The notes beneath the pieces are model-generated. The model did not search any database and was not told the origin of the DNA. It was given only the letters and a program-made list of their open reading frames with translations. A DNA stretch of 64,000 nt from an uncultured Clostridia bacterium (lineage in GTDB: Bacteria > Bacillota > Clostridia > Christensenellales > Aristaeellaceae): assembly GCA_934631985.1 (NCBI GenBank), contig CAKTYE010000001.1, positions 7,250 through 71,249 on the forward strand, in the 5' to 3' direction. Numbering within the stretch: position 1 is the first letter of the stretch; every line of letters starts with the position of its first letter. Positions 7,158-16,073 of this stretch are shown in pieces. Made by a program: the position numbers and the translations under genes.

Positions 7158-10028
7158 TTACTCTCCCGACACCGTGTAATTTTCATCCGCGGCAGGCTCG
7201 TCGGCTGCGGCTTCTTCTGTTACGCGGGTCATGTTGTAGCTCAGCACCGCACTGCCGCGCAGGTCGCGCAGGGTCAGGCTGTTGCCCTTCAGGGAGCTGA
7301 CCTTGTGGGTGTAGGTAAGCGCATCGGGCGTAGTGCCGGTCATCATGGTGTAGTTGTTCACCGTGAAATACAGCTTTTCGCCGTTCAGGTCGCAGGTGCC
7401 GTCTTCATAGAACGCGAAGGTCACGCCCGCGCTGTTGCGCCAGGTCCCCAGGATCTGGTAGCAGTTCCGCGCAAGACGGCTGTCCACATCCTTGTAGCCG
7501 GGGATGGCCCGGTAATATGGCAGGGCGGCATAGGTCTGCCCTTCGCCTGCCAGACGGGTTCCCTCCAAATAGTTGGCTTCCTTGTACATGTCTCCAAGGC
7601 CGCTGTACTGCGCAGGCAGCTCTGTCAAATCCATGTTGCCCAGCAGCGTGACCACCAGCGCGTACTCGCCATCGCTCATGGCCTGCTGCGCCGTCTCCGC
7701 CGGGGTCTTGTAATAAGCGTCATAGGCTGCGCTGCTCTTGTCCGCTGCGTCCTCATAATCCACGGCAAGGGCGTACATCCGGGCAGCCAGCAGGGTCTGC
7801 TTGCTGTCCTCTGCGCTGACGGCCAGGGCATAATACAGCCGCTTCATTTGCGTGCTGGCGTCGCCGTATTCCCCCAGGCTGGCGAACATTTCCGCCGCCT
7901 CCTGGGTTTTGCCTGCTGCTGCCAGGGCAAGTGCGTCCTCATACTGGCACTGGCGTACCCGGTCCGCTGCGTCGCTGTAATCGCCCAGAGAGCTGAACAG
8001 CGTCAGGGCGCGATCCTGCTCGCCTGCCGCTAAGGCAGCCTCTGCCTGACCGTAGACTGCCGCCTTGTGCCGGGTCTCACTGTCAGCATAATTGCCCAGC
8101 GCGGCATACAGCGCCTCCGCGCCGTCCCAATCCTTTGCGCTGAGCAGCTCGCCTGCCTTCAGGTATTGGTTCTTTTGCAGCTCCGTACTGCTCTTTTTAT
8201 AGCTGCCCAGCGCGCTGAACAGTGCGATGGCCTCGTCATACTTGCCTTCCGCGCTGAGGGCCTGTGCTTCGCCGTACTGCGCCGCCTTCAGCTGATCGCC
8301 GCTGTCCTTGTAGGTTGTGATCTGGCTGAACAGCTCCACGGCCTCGGCATAGCTGCCGCGGTTCAGGGCGTTCACCGCAGGCTGGTAGATGCACTCCATC
8401 TTTAGGTCGAAGACATCCTCATAGTCCTCGGGCAGGCTGTTGAGCAGCGTCAGCGCGCGGGTGTATTCCTGATCCTTCACCGCCGTTTTCGCCAGCTGAT
8501 AGGTGCAGGCGGTGTACAGGTCGCTGCTGTCCTCATAGCCGGGGATCTTCGCGAAAAGCTCCGCTGCGGTGGCATAATCGCCTGCATCCATGGCGGCCTT
8601 TGCCGGGGCATAGATGCAGACGGTGGCGCGAGTCTCCGCATCGCTGTAGCTGCCTGCCGCCAGATATTCCTCACCGGCCTCGGCATAGCTGCCAGCCTGT
8701 TCAAGGGCCTGTCCCTTACCATAGTGCGCCTGGATCAGCAGCGCTGCGGCGTCCTGCTGATCCGCCGCCTGTGTCAGCAGCGTCAGGGCCTCGTCCCAGT
8801 CCTCCCGGGCCAGCGCGGCCTTGCCCTGCTCATAAATCGCCAGCTTTGCCTTGTCCGCTGCGTCCTCATAATCGCCCAGCGCTTCAAAGGCCGTCTGTGC
8901 GGCAGCATAGTCGCCTGCCTTCAGCAAAGCGTCTGCATCCAGATAGGCACAGGCCTGAAGCTGCACGTCACAGTCCTTATAAGCCCCCAGCGCAGTAAAC
9001 AGCTTCGCCGCTTCTGTACTGTCACCAGCCTTCAGCAGCAGTACCGCCCGCTGATAGTCGGCCTCCTGCGCCTGGGCAGCGCTGTCCTGATAATCGCCCA
9101 GCGCCCGGAAGGCCTCCGCCGCGTCCTTCAGGCTGACCTCCGTGCCGTCCGCCAGCTGCGCCTTTGCCGTCTCATAGCGGCAGCGCAGGATGTAGTCCTC
9201 AGCATCGGCATAGCTGCCCATGCTGGCGAAGGCCGTCTGTGCCTTGTCATACGCGCCCTGCTCAAAGGCCGACACCGCATTGCGATAGCGCAGGTACGGC
9301 AGGCCGTGGAACACCACGCCATAGGCCGCAGCCGCCGCCACAACGCATACTACCACGATGCGCGTTGTTTTACGGCGCTTCTTCTGCTGACGCTCGTGCT
9401 GCTGCTCCCGCTCCAATTGCAGGCGAGACGCATCCTCCCGGGCGGCCTTGGCCTTCAGGGAAAGCTGCTGATCCCGCTGGGCGGCGACTTTCTCAATGGC
9501 TTCTTTATTATACTGCGCAAAGACCTGCTCCCGGCTGCGCTGGCAGCGGACGCAGGTGTGCATGTAATTGGGATTAGGCCGTCCGCAGACGCAGACCCAC
9601 ACGCCCTCCTGCTCCTCGGGGAAGCCCACCGCGTTGCTGCCTGCCACAAAGCGGAGATGCTCCAGGCTGCGCCCGTTCGGCAGCGCGTTGGAGGTGTACT
9701 CGGTCAGCGGCCCCTTGCCCCGCCGCCACACGTCGTTATCATCAAACCATACCTTTTCGATGATGACCTCAAAGGCGGCAGGCTTTGCGTCCTCCTCCAG
9801 CGGCACCGCCATGGTGAAGGGGCTGCGGGTGCGGCCCTCCAAATCATGGGCGCGATAGATCGTCCGTCCTGTTTCCTTGCCCTCCGCGTCCAGCAGCAGC
9901 AGCGTCACCTCACAGGAGATGACGAGCTTGTCCGACAGATTGAACAAGATCAGCTCACAGGCCGGGTAGTCCTCCCGCGGCAGACTGCCGCGCCAAAGCT
10001 CCACCGGGCATGTCAGATCCATTCTCAT
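7158..10028 (-). CDS. Zinc-ribbon / single-TM / TPR-like repeat protein with a C-terminal lipocalin-like module
   Basis: 956 aa from the ATG at 10028, with AAGGAG 7 nt upstream. The CVCGRPNP....CVRC zinc ribbon is followed by a Lys/Arg-rich coiled coil and a TM segment (IVVVCVVAAAAAYGVVF). About 15 units of ~38 aa then follow, each carrying F..LG.Y.D(A/S). The C-terminus is GTWRN....F.EDGT. Confidence 0.8.
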   Translation of the reverse strand: MRMDLTCPVELWRGSLPREDYPACELILFNLSDKLVISCEVTLLLLDAEGKETGRTIYRAHDLEGRTRSPFTMAVPLEEDAKPAAFEVIIEKVWFDDNDVWRRGKGPLTEYTSNALPNGRSLEHLRFVAGSNAVGFPEEQEGVWVCVCGRPNPNYMHTCVRCQRSREQVFAQYNKEAIEKVAAQRDQQLSLKAKAAREDASRLQLEREQQHERQQKKRRKTTRIVVVCVVAAAAAYGVVFHGLPYLRYRNAVSAFEQGAYDKAQTAFASMGSYADAEDYILRCRYETAKAQLADGTEVSLKDAAEAFRALGDYQDSAAQAQEADYQRAVLLLKAGDSTEAAKLFTALGAYKDCDVQLQACAYLDADALLKAGDYAAAQTAFEALGDYEDAADKAKLAIYEQGKAALAREDWDEALTLLTQAADQQDAAALLIQAHYGKGQALEQAGSYAEAGEEYLAAGSYSDAETRATVCIYAPAKAAMDAGDYATAAELFAKIPGYEDSSDLYTACTYQLAKTAVKDQEYTRALTLLNSLPEDYEDVFDLKMECIYQPAVNALNRGSYAEAVELFSQITTYKDSGDQLKAAQYGEAQALSAEGKYDEAIALFSALGSYKKSSTELQKNQYLKAGELLSAKDWDGAEALYAALGNYADSETRHKAAVYGQAEAALAAGEQDRALTLFSSLGDYSDAADRVRQCQYEDALALAAAGKTQEAAEMFASLGEYGDASTQMKRLYYALAVSAEDSKQTLLAARMYALAVDYEDAADKSSAAYDAYYKTPAETAQQAMSDGEYALVVTLLGNMDLTELPAQYSGLGDMYKEANYLEGTRLAGEGQTYAALPYYRAIPGYKDVDSRLARNCYQILGTWRNSAGVTFAFYEDGTCDLNGEKLYFTVNNYTMMTGTTPDALTYTHKVSSLKGNSLTLRDLRGSAVLSYNMTRVTEEAAADEPAADENYTVSGE

Positions 10029-10056
10029 TGGCTGCGCTCCTTTTCCATGCGATGCG

Positions 10057-11250
10057 TCAATCAAAGTACAGGGTCACATCGCTTACATACATTTGCTCAA
10101 AACTGATGGACAGCACCACCGTGCGCCCATCCTCCACCTGCACGGCATACCACAGTCCCGCGTCGGCGTCCGTGCCGTATTCCGCCAGACCATAGGGAGC
10201 GGTCTCCCCATCACCGTAGAGGATCTCGCGGCTCTCGCCGTCAAACTCGCCATCGCCATTATAAAAGCGGCTGATGACGCTGGACAGGGTGTCGCCCACG
10301 CGCACGCAGCGCGGCCCCTCTAGGCCATCCTCATCAATGGTGAGCATTTCCAGGCTGGAGTTCTGCTTTTGGCTGTCATAAGTATACAGCAGTGAGCATT
10401 GCGCGAAGTCCATGGTACGCAGGTAGGAGCCGTCGTCGTCCTCCATCCACTGATCCTCCAGGGGCTGACCCAGCAGCTGCATCGCTTCCTCGGGGGTGGT
10501 GGACAGGAAGTCCAGCCCGGAGAACAGCAGATCGTCCCGGTCAAACTTTCCCAGGGTCGTGCCGTCCACGCTGGTGGGAACCTGCGCGTAGCTGGTTTCC
10601 TCGCACACCTCCTGCACAGCGTCAAGGTTGTTCAGCACCTCATCCGCGCTGATGGTGGTGTTCAGCCCATAGGCGCGGATCGCCGCCACCAAATTATCAG
10701 ACAGGGTATACAGCAGTCCGCAGTCCGTATAGCCGTCTCCGCCGGAGGAAAGCTGCTCATGCACGGCATACTGGATGGTCTTCAGCCGCTGACCGTCCCG
10801 CTGCACCCAGCCCCACAGCGCTCCGGCAGGCATGGTATCGCTCAGGTACAGCGCCGCAAAACTGCTGTCGCCCAGCAGCTGCTCATTCTCATCATAAAAC
10901 GCGCTGAGGATCTCACTGGAGAGGTAATCCACACGGGTGCCGCGCGGGCCTTCCTCCTCGGAGGAGGTCACCACCAGCGCCTGCACCACGCTGTCCTCCG
11001 TCATTTCAGGACGATCCATGTACAGGGTCGCAAAGTCATAGACAAAGGTATAGCCGTCCTCGGTATGATACGCCTCGTCATTGGGATCGTTCAGGGGCTC
11101 GCCTGCCGCCAGCGCACGGTCCTTGAAACCCTGCACCCAGGTCATCAGCTCCTCATAATCGAGTGCATCCGCGCTGCTCTCAGCCACAGCGGGAAGAATT
11201 TGCAGCGCCATGAACAGCGCCATCAGCAGGGCAACGCATTTTTTCATCAT
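10057..11250 (-). CDS. Secreted protein of unknown function
   Basis: 397 aa from the ATGATG at 11250, with GAAGGAGAAACCGTG upstream. Signal peptide MMKKCVALLMALFMALQILPAVAES. I recognise no family. Confidence 0.65.
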   Translation of the reverse strand: MMKKCVALLMALFMALQILPAVAESSADALDYEELMTWVQGFKDRALAAGEPLNDPNDEAYHTEDGYTFVYDFATLYMDRPEMTEDSVVQALVVTSSEEEGPRGTRVDYLSSEILSAFYDENEQLLGDSSFAALYLSDTMPAGALWGWVQRDGQRLKTIQYAVHEQLSSGGDGYTDCGLLYTLSDNLVAAIRAYGLNTTISADEVLNNLDAVQEVCEETSYAQVPTSVDGTTLGKFDRDDLLFSGLDFLSTTPEEAMQLLGQPLEDQWMEDDDGSYLRTMDFAQCSLLYTYDSQKQNSSLEMLTIDEDGLEGPRCVRVGDTLSSVISRFYNGDGEFDGESREILYGDGETAPYGLAEYGTDADAGLWYAVQVEDGRTVVLSISFEQMYVSDVTLYFD

Positions 11251-11526
11251 CACGGTTTCTCCTTCACATTTCAAGCCTGGCAGGCAAAAAGCCGCCAGCA
11301 TTATTTTACCCTAAAACCCTGCGCTTGTACAGGGCAGGAATGTGTCACAGCTGTAAATTGTGGAGGGGGGAAAGGGGGATGGATGGTGAGCAGGAATGGA
11401 AAATCACGCCTTTTGTAGGTAGCGCCGTCAAGAGACGATGTTATGAAACCTTAGCAGCATCATGGCGCTTTGAGGTTACTTCACAGCACAGCAGTATCGC
11501 TTTTGTAAAATCTTTCCTCACCCCCA

Positions 11527-11556
11527 TTGACAAGCCCTCAAGCCTCATGATACAAT
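11527..11556 (+). promoter_or_regulatory. Sigma-A-type promoter of the flavodoxin/ABC operon
   Basis: TTGACA (11527-11532), 18-nt spacer, TACAAT (11551-11556). Confidence 0.6.
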
Positions 11557-11562
11557 CACATT

Positions 11563-11628
11563 GGTTAGACAAACTTAACCTTATTTATTTTCAATCAATG
11601 ATTAGTATAGAAATTAGCATATGCTAAT
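11563..11628 (+). promoter_or_regulatory. Three palindromic operator candidates in the operon leader
   Basis: GGTTA-N8-TAACC at 11563-11580, AATCA-N-TGATT at 11593-11603, and the perfect 16-bp palindrome ATTAGCATATGCTAAT at 11613-11628. All lie between the -10 box and the RBS. Confidence 0.5.
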
Positions 11629-11643
11629 CAGAAAGCGAGGCGT

Positions 11644-12162
11644 ATGATGTCTGTCGTTGCGATCGTATTTTCCACTATTACCGGCAATGCCTTTCGTTTA
11701 GCGGAAGCGGCGGCACAGGTTGTTCCTGACCATGTCGGACCGTATAATATTCGTTACGTCAACCGGGAAATGATCGACAAATTTGATACCTTTATGCTGT
11801 CTTATTGGTGCAACCACGGCACGGCGGATGACGATACCATTGCGCTTCTTCAGCACATGCAGGGCAAGAAGATCATCATCCTTGGTACGCTGGGCGCGGC
11901 ACGTGAATCCGCACATGCACAGAAGGTCTGCCAAAATGTGGAAAATCTGGTGCGGGCGCAAAATATGCTGGTGGGGCATTATCTCTGTCGCGGCAGCATT
12001 GACCTTGCCCGTACAGCGCGGCGGCTGCGCATTCCCGAGGGGGAGAAAGGCCACCTCAGTCAGGAACGCTTTGAAAAGCAGAAGGAATCGCAGGGGCATC
12101 CGAATGCAGAAGAACTGGCGCAGTGCCAGGCGGAAGTAAAGGAGTTTCTGAAGGCGTTATGA
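11644..12162 (+). CDS. Flavodoxin-family protein
   Basis: 172 aa. Flavodoxin-like N-terminus (VAIVFSTITGN), then YWCNHGTADDD and IIILGTLGA segments. Confidence 0.7.
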   Translation: MMSVVAIVFSTITGNAFRLAEAAAQVVPDHVGPYNIRYVNREMIDKFDTFMLSYWCNHGTADDDTIALLQHMQGKKIIILGTLGAARESAHAQKVCQNVENLVRAQNMLVGHYLCRGSIDLARTARRLRIPEGEKGHLSQERFEKQKESQGHPNAEELAQCQAEVKEFLKAL

Positions 12163-13163
12163 GCAAAACGATCCGCAGCCGTTTGCGGGTGCCATTGATC
12201 GTCCTGTTTGGCGTGATGAGCATGCTGTCTGTGTTCATTTGCGTGGGCATCGGCACGGTGCAGTTTACGCTCCCGGAGATTTTCCGCGCATTATTGATCG
12301 AGGACGGTTCAACGGCTCGCCTGCTGATTTGGAATATGCGCTTTCCGCGCGTCCTCTGCGGCGGTCTGGTGGGCGTGTGCCTATCACTGTCCGGCTGTAT
12401 TTTGCAGGGCGTGATGCGCAACACTATGGCCTCGCCCTCCACCATCGGCGTTACCGGCGGCGCGAGCTTTGTTGGGTATGTGACGCTGGTGGCGTTTCCA
12501 CAGCTGTCGTCGCTGCTGCCCATCGGTTCGATCCTCGGCGCGTTTGTGACGACGATGCTCATTTATGCCCTGGCCTACCAGCGGGGTGTAAGCCCGGTGA
12601 AGATGATCCTCTCCGGCATGGCGGTGTCGGCGCTTTTCGGCGCATTCAATGATATGATTAAGACGTTCTTTGCGGATTCGCTGGGCAATGCGTCGGGCTT
12701 TCTTGTCGGCGGACTAAACGGGTCAAGCTGGCCCCACTTTCAGATGATCCTTCCTTATGCAACCGTGGGTATTCTGCTGTGCTTCCTGCTGCCGTCGAAG
12801 ATGAACATCCTGATGCTGGGAGATGAAACCGCCAATGCCCTGGGACTGCGGACGGAGGGCTTCCGTTTCTTCCTGATTGCGGTGTCCTCGCTTTTGTCAG
12901 GCGCGGCGATCGCCGTTGCGGGATTGATCAGCTTTGTTGGATTGGTGGTGCCGCATATCGCGCGGCTGCTGGTCGGCTCGGACTATAAATATCTGTTCCC
13001 CGCATCGGCATTTTTAGGCTTCACGCTTGTTGTGGCCTGCGACACCATCGGACGTGTCATCATGCCGCCGGGGGAGATCCCGGTCAGCATCATTTTGTCC
13101 TTTATCGGCGCACCGTTCTTCCTCTATCTGCTGCGCATACGCGAATCGGGAGGTGAGGACTGA
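12159..13163 (+). CDS. FecCD-family ABC importer permease (iron-chelate / corrinoid / heme type)
   Basis: 334 aa from the ATG at 12159, which overlaps the flavodoxin stop. FecCD-type sequence (R.PR.L.G.LVG..L..SG...Q...RN.MASP...GVT.GA), multi-TM. Confidence 0.9.
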   Translation: MSKTIRSRLRVPLIVLFGVMSMLSVFICVGIGTVQFTLPEIFRALLIEDGSTARLLIWNMRFPRVLCGGLVGVCLSLSGCILQGVMRNTMASPSTIGVTGGASFVGYVTLVAFPQLSSLLPIGSILGAFVTTMLIYALAYQRGVSPVKMILSGMAVSALFGAFNDMIKTFFADSLGNASGFLVGGLNGSSWPHFQMILPYATVGILLCFLLPSKMNILMLGDETANALGLRTEGFRFFLIAVSSLLSGAAIAVAGLISFVGLVVPHIARLLVGSDYKYLFPASAFLGFTLVVACDTIGRVIMPPGEIPVSIILSFIGAPFFLYLLRIRESGGED

Positions 13164-13987
13164 TGTACTTTGGCTTTCGGAATATGACCATCGGCTTCCG
13201 TGGAAAGACCGTGCTGGACAATGTAACGCTGGAAATTCCGCGGGGAAAGGTCGTCACCATCATCGGGCAGAACGGCTGCGGAAAGTCCAGCCTGCTCAAA
13301 ACCGTTTCCAAGGCGGTCACGCCGAGCAGCGGCGAGGTGATCTACAATGATCGTCCGCTGAAGGACTATCCGCCCAAGCAGGTTGCGCAGCATATTGCGT
13401 ACCTGGCGCAGGTGCATGTGTCCCCGCCGGATATTGATGTGCGGACGCTTGTGTCCTATGGGCGCTATCCATATTTGAAGCTGGGACGTCGCCTGACGGC
13501 TGAGGACGGGCGCATCATTGATGAAACGCTGCGCCTGACCGGGCTGACCGTGCTTCAGCACCGAACCCTTCGGACGCTTTCCGGCGGCGAACGCCAGCGG
13601 GCGTGGATTGCTATGACGGTCTGCCAGCAGCCGGAGATTCTCATTCTTGACGAGCCGACCACCTATCTGGACATCAGCTATCAGATGGAGGTGCTGGAGC
13701 TGGTTCGCCGCCTGAACCGAGAAATGGGCATGACCATCGTCATGGTGCTGCATGACCTGAACATGGCGGCGCGGTATTCCGACAGGCTCTACGCTATTCG
13801 CGGGGGACGCATCTTCGCCAGCGGTACGCCAGAGGAGGTCATCTGCTGCGATACGCTGCGCGCAGTGTTCAAGATCGAGGCGGACATCACCTGCGACGCG
13901 GCGCACCATTGCCCGTACTTCATCCCCATGCAGATCCTTTCCGATGCTGTGGGCGAAAGCCTTGCAGATAAACAAAATGTATCCTGA
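13163..13987 (+). CDS. ABC importer ATP-binding protein (FepC/FecE type)
   Basis: Walker A GQNGCGKSSL, signature LSGGERQRAWIA, Walker B ILILDEPT. The start overlaps the permease stop (TGATG). Confidence 0.9.
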   Translation: MYFGFRNMTIGFRGKTVLDNVTLEIPRGKVVTIIGQNGCGKSSLLKTVSKAVTPSSGEVIYNDRPLKDYPPKQVAQHIAYLAQVHVSPPDIDVRTLVSYGRYPYLKLGRRLTAEDGRIIDETLRLTGLTVLQHRTLRTLSGGERQRAWIAMTVCQQPEILILDEPTTYLDISYQMEVLELVRRLNREMGMTIVMVLHDLNMAARYSDRLYAIRGGRIFASGTPEEVICCDTLRAVFKIEADITCDAAHHCPYFIPMQILSDAVGESLADKQNVS

Positions 13988-14003
13988 TAAGGAGGTATTT
14001 CCC

Positions 14004-15053
14004 ATGAAGAAGCTTTTTTCCCTGCTCCTTGCGCTGACGCTGCTTTGCGCGGCAGCCATCCCGGCGGTAGCGGAGGAAACCGACCGTGCCGCGTCGCTTC
14101 GTGCGACCTTCCTTGCCAAGGCGGACGAGGTGGTTGTGACCGACAGCAGCGTTATCTTCCCGGACGCAGCGTCCGACACGCCGCTGGAAATCGCCAAGAA
14201 TCCTTCGAAGGTCGCGGTGCTTTACGGCAGCTTCGTCACCCTGTGGTATGAGGCCGGCGGCACGGCTGCGGGCGTTATCGGCGGCAGCTCCTCCGTGGAG
14301 CTTTACAACCTTTATATTGGCCGCGACGTGACGCAGGATGAGGGCGTGACGGTGCTGGCGGAATCCTCTGCGGGCAAGAACTGGAGCACCGAAAACATTA
14401 TCGCGTTCCAGCCTGACCTCATCATCTGCTCCACTGCCATGAGCGGCTATAAGACCATTTCCGCGCCTGCGGAAGCGGCGAACATCCCCGTGGTCGCCAT
14501 GGAATACAACGATTTTGCGGATTATCTGAAGTGGTTCAAGGTCTTCTGCAACCTGAACGGTCAGCCGGAGCTGTGGGACACGGTCGCCATGCCTGCGCTG
14601 GACAAGGTGGTTGACATCCTCTGCCGTATCCCGGAAAATCAGGAGAACCCGCCGAAGGTGTTCGCCATGTTCTCTGCAACGAAGGACAACATCACCGCCA
14701 ACACCTCCAATACGGTGCTGGGCGGCATGATCAGCGAGATGAACGCCATCAATATTTCCGATGCGGACAACGCTTCCGGCGTGGATCGTATCGAGATCAA
14801 TCTGGAATCCGTTTACGCGGCGGATCCTGACCTGATCGTGGTGCAGTGCCATGCCAGCACTGAGGATGATGCGGCGCAGGTGGACCGCGTTTATGGGGAG
14901 AATGCCGTGTGGCAGTCCCTGCGCGCGGTGCAGGAGGGCAAGATCTATTTCCTGGAGCCGCACCTGTTCCACTATAAGCCCAACAGCCACTTCGCGGAAG
15001 CGTATCAGCAGCTGGCGCAAATCCTCTACCCGGACATCGACTTCGAAAACTAA
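14004..15053 (+). CDS. ABC importer substrate-binding protein (class III periplasmic-binding-protein fold), secreted
   Basis: GGAGG RBS 8 nt upstream. Signal peptide MKKLFSLLLALTLLCAAAIPAVA. Family-typical PDLII / ADPDLIVV segments. Confidence 0.85.
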   Translation: MKKLFSLLLALTLLCAAAIPAVAEETDRAASLRATFLAKADEVVVTDSSVIFPDAASDTPLEIAKNPSKVAVLYGSFVTLWYEAGGTAAGVIGGSSSVELYNLYIGRDVTQDEGVTVLAESSAGKNWSTENIIAFQPDLIICSTAMSGYKTISAPAEAANIPVVAMEYNDFADYLKWFKVFCNLNGQPELWDTVAMPALDKVVDILCRIPENQENPPKVFAMFSATKDNITANTSNTVLGGMISEMNAINISDADNASGVDRIEINLESVYAADPDLIVVQCHASTEDDAAQVDRVYGENAVWQSLRAVQEGKIYFLEPHLFHYKPNSHFAEAYQQLAQILYPDIDFEN

Positions 15054-15064
15054 GCGTTCTATGC

Positions 15065-15099
15065 TTGCCGGTCGGAATTCCCCCGACCGGCAATTTTTT
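15065..15099 (+). terminator. Strong intrinsic terminator between the binding-protein gene and the cbiK-like gene
   Basis: 11-bp stem TTGCCGGTCGG/CCGACCGGCAA, 7-nt loop, then TTTTTT. Confidence 0.8.
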
Positions 15100-15116
15100 G
15101 AAAGGAAGCATCCCTT

Positions 15117-15851
15117 ATGAGCAAAAAAATTATGATCTCCGTGTCCTACGGCGCGTCCGAGGAAGCGCTTGCTGCCGATATTGGCTGCATTGAGCAAGCC
15201 ATTCAGGCTGCGTTCCCGGCATGGGAGCTGCGCCGGGCATTCACCTCGGAGCGCGTTCGGGCCATGACGGCACGCCAGGGGCATCCTGTACCGGCCCCCG
15301 CGGAAGCCATCGCGCAGGCGAAGACGAAGGGAGCGGAGCAGCTTGCTGTTGTGACAATGCTTGTTTCTCCCGGCGGTGAGTTTGAAGGAACCGAAGCCGC
15401 CGCGCAGGACTTGCCCGTCGCCACGCCGCTGCTGACTGATGACGCCGACCTTGACACGCTTGCCGCGTATTATGGTCAAATGCAGCAGAAGCTCGGCATG
15501 CCGCTGCTTATTATGGGGCACGGGCATCCCACCAATGGCAACCCGGCTTATCTGCGCCTTCGTGCGCGGCTGCCCAAGGGCGTATACCTTGGCTGCCTGT
15601 CGGGGAAGCCGGACCTTTCGGATGCGATGACGGAGCTGCTGCACCAGCCGGAACGCACCCTGACCATAACTCCGATGCTCATGTCCGTCGGCGGACACAC
15701 GCTGAACGACATGGCGGGCGATGGGCCGGATAGCTGGCGCTCGCAGCTGACAAAGGCCGGCTTTGCGGTACAGTGCCAGCTTACGGGCATTGGACGCACC
15801 GAGGTCGTGCAGCAGATATTTGTACGGAAGCTGCAAGCGCTGCTGGGATGA
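15117..15851 (+). CDS. cbiK: CbiK-type (class II) chelatase, sirohydrochlorin cobaltochelatase family
   Basis: 244 aa. Resembles Salmonella CbiK along its whole length (RRAFTS, LLIMGHGH, PMLMSVGGHTLNDMAGDGPDSW), and both catalytic His positions are present. Confidence 0.8.
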   Translation: MSKKIMISVSYGASEEALAADIGCIEQAIQAAFPAWELRRAFTSERVRAMTARQGHPVPAPAEAIAQAKTKGAEQLAVVTMLVSPGGEFEGTEAAAQDLPVATPLLTDDADLDTLAAYYGQMQQKLGMPLLIMGHGHPTNGNPAYLRLRARLPKGVYLGCLSGKPDLSDAMTELLHQPERTLTITPMLMSVGGHTLNDMAGDGPDSWRSQLTKAGFAVQCQLTGIGRTEVVQQIFVRKLQALLG

Positions 15852-16012
15852 GCCTTTTATCCGTAAACATATACGAATATCCTTTGCTGCGGCGAGGAGA
15901 AATGCAGCCGTGCAAAGCAGCTTGCCTTTGCCCCCGGCATGCCCTGAAAGCATGCTGAGGGCTTTTGTATCCATCCTTTCAATACACAATCCCATCCGCA
16001 GGCGTGTGCCAG

Positions 16013-16041
16013 TTGCGCATTTGCGCCGCAGGATGTATAAT
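16013..16041 (+). promoter_or_regulatory. Promoter upstream of chrA
   Basis: TTGCGC, 17-nt spacer, extended -10 TGTATAAT. Confidence 0.55.
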
Positions 16042-16073
16042 ACAGCGCAGAAGAAAGAAAAGGAGCGAACGTC

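Noticed and set aside
7500-9300. Periodic sequence that might suggest a CRISPR-like or tandem DNA repeat array
   Set aside because: The periodicity is a diverged ~38-aa protein repeat inside one long ORF. There are no identical direct repeats with unique spacers, and no cas genes anywhere in the window.
11302-11643. Cobalamin riboswitch upstream of the FecCD-type ABC/CbiK locus
   Set aside because: I see no B12-box-like core and no multi-stem architecture. The promoter lies only about 85 nt from the start codon, which leaves too little room. The palindromes look like protein operators instead.
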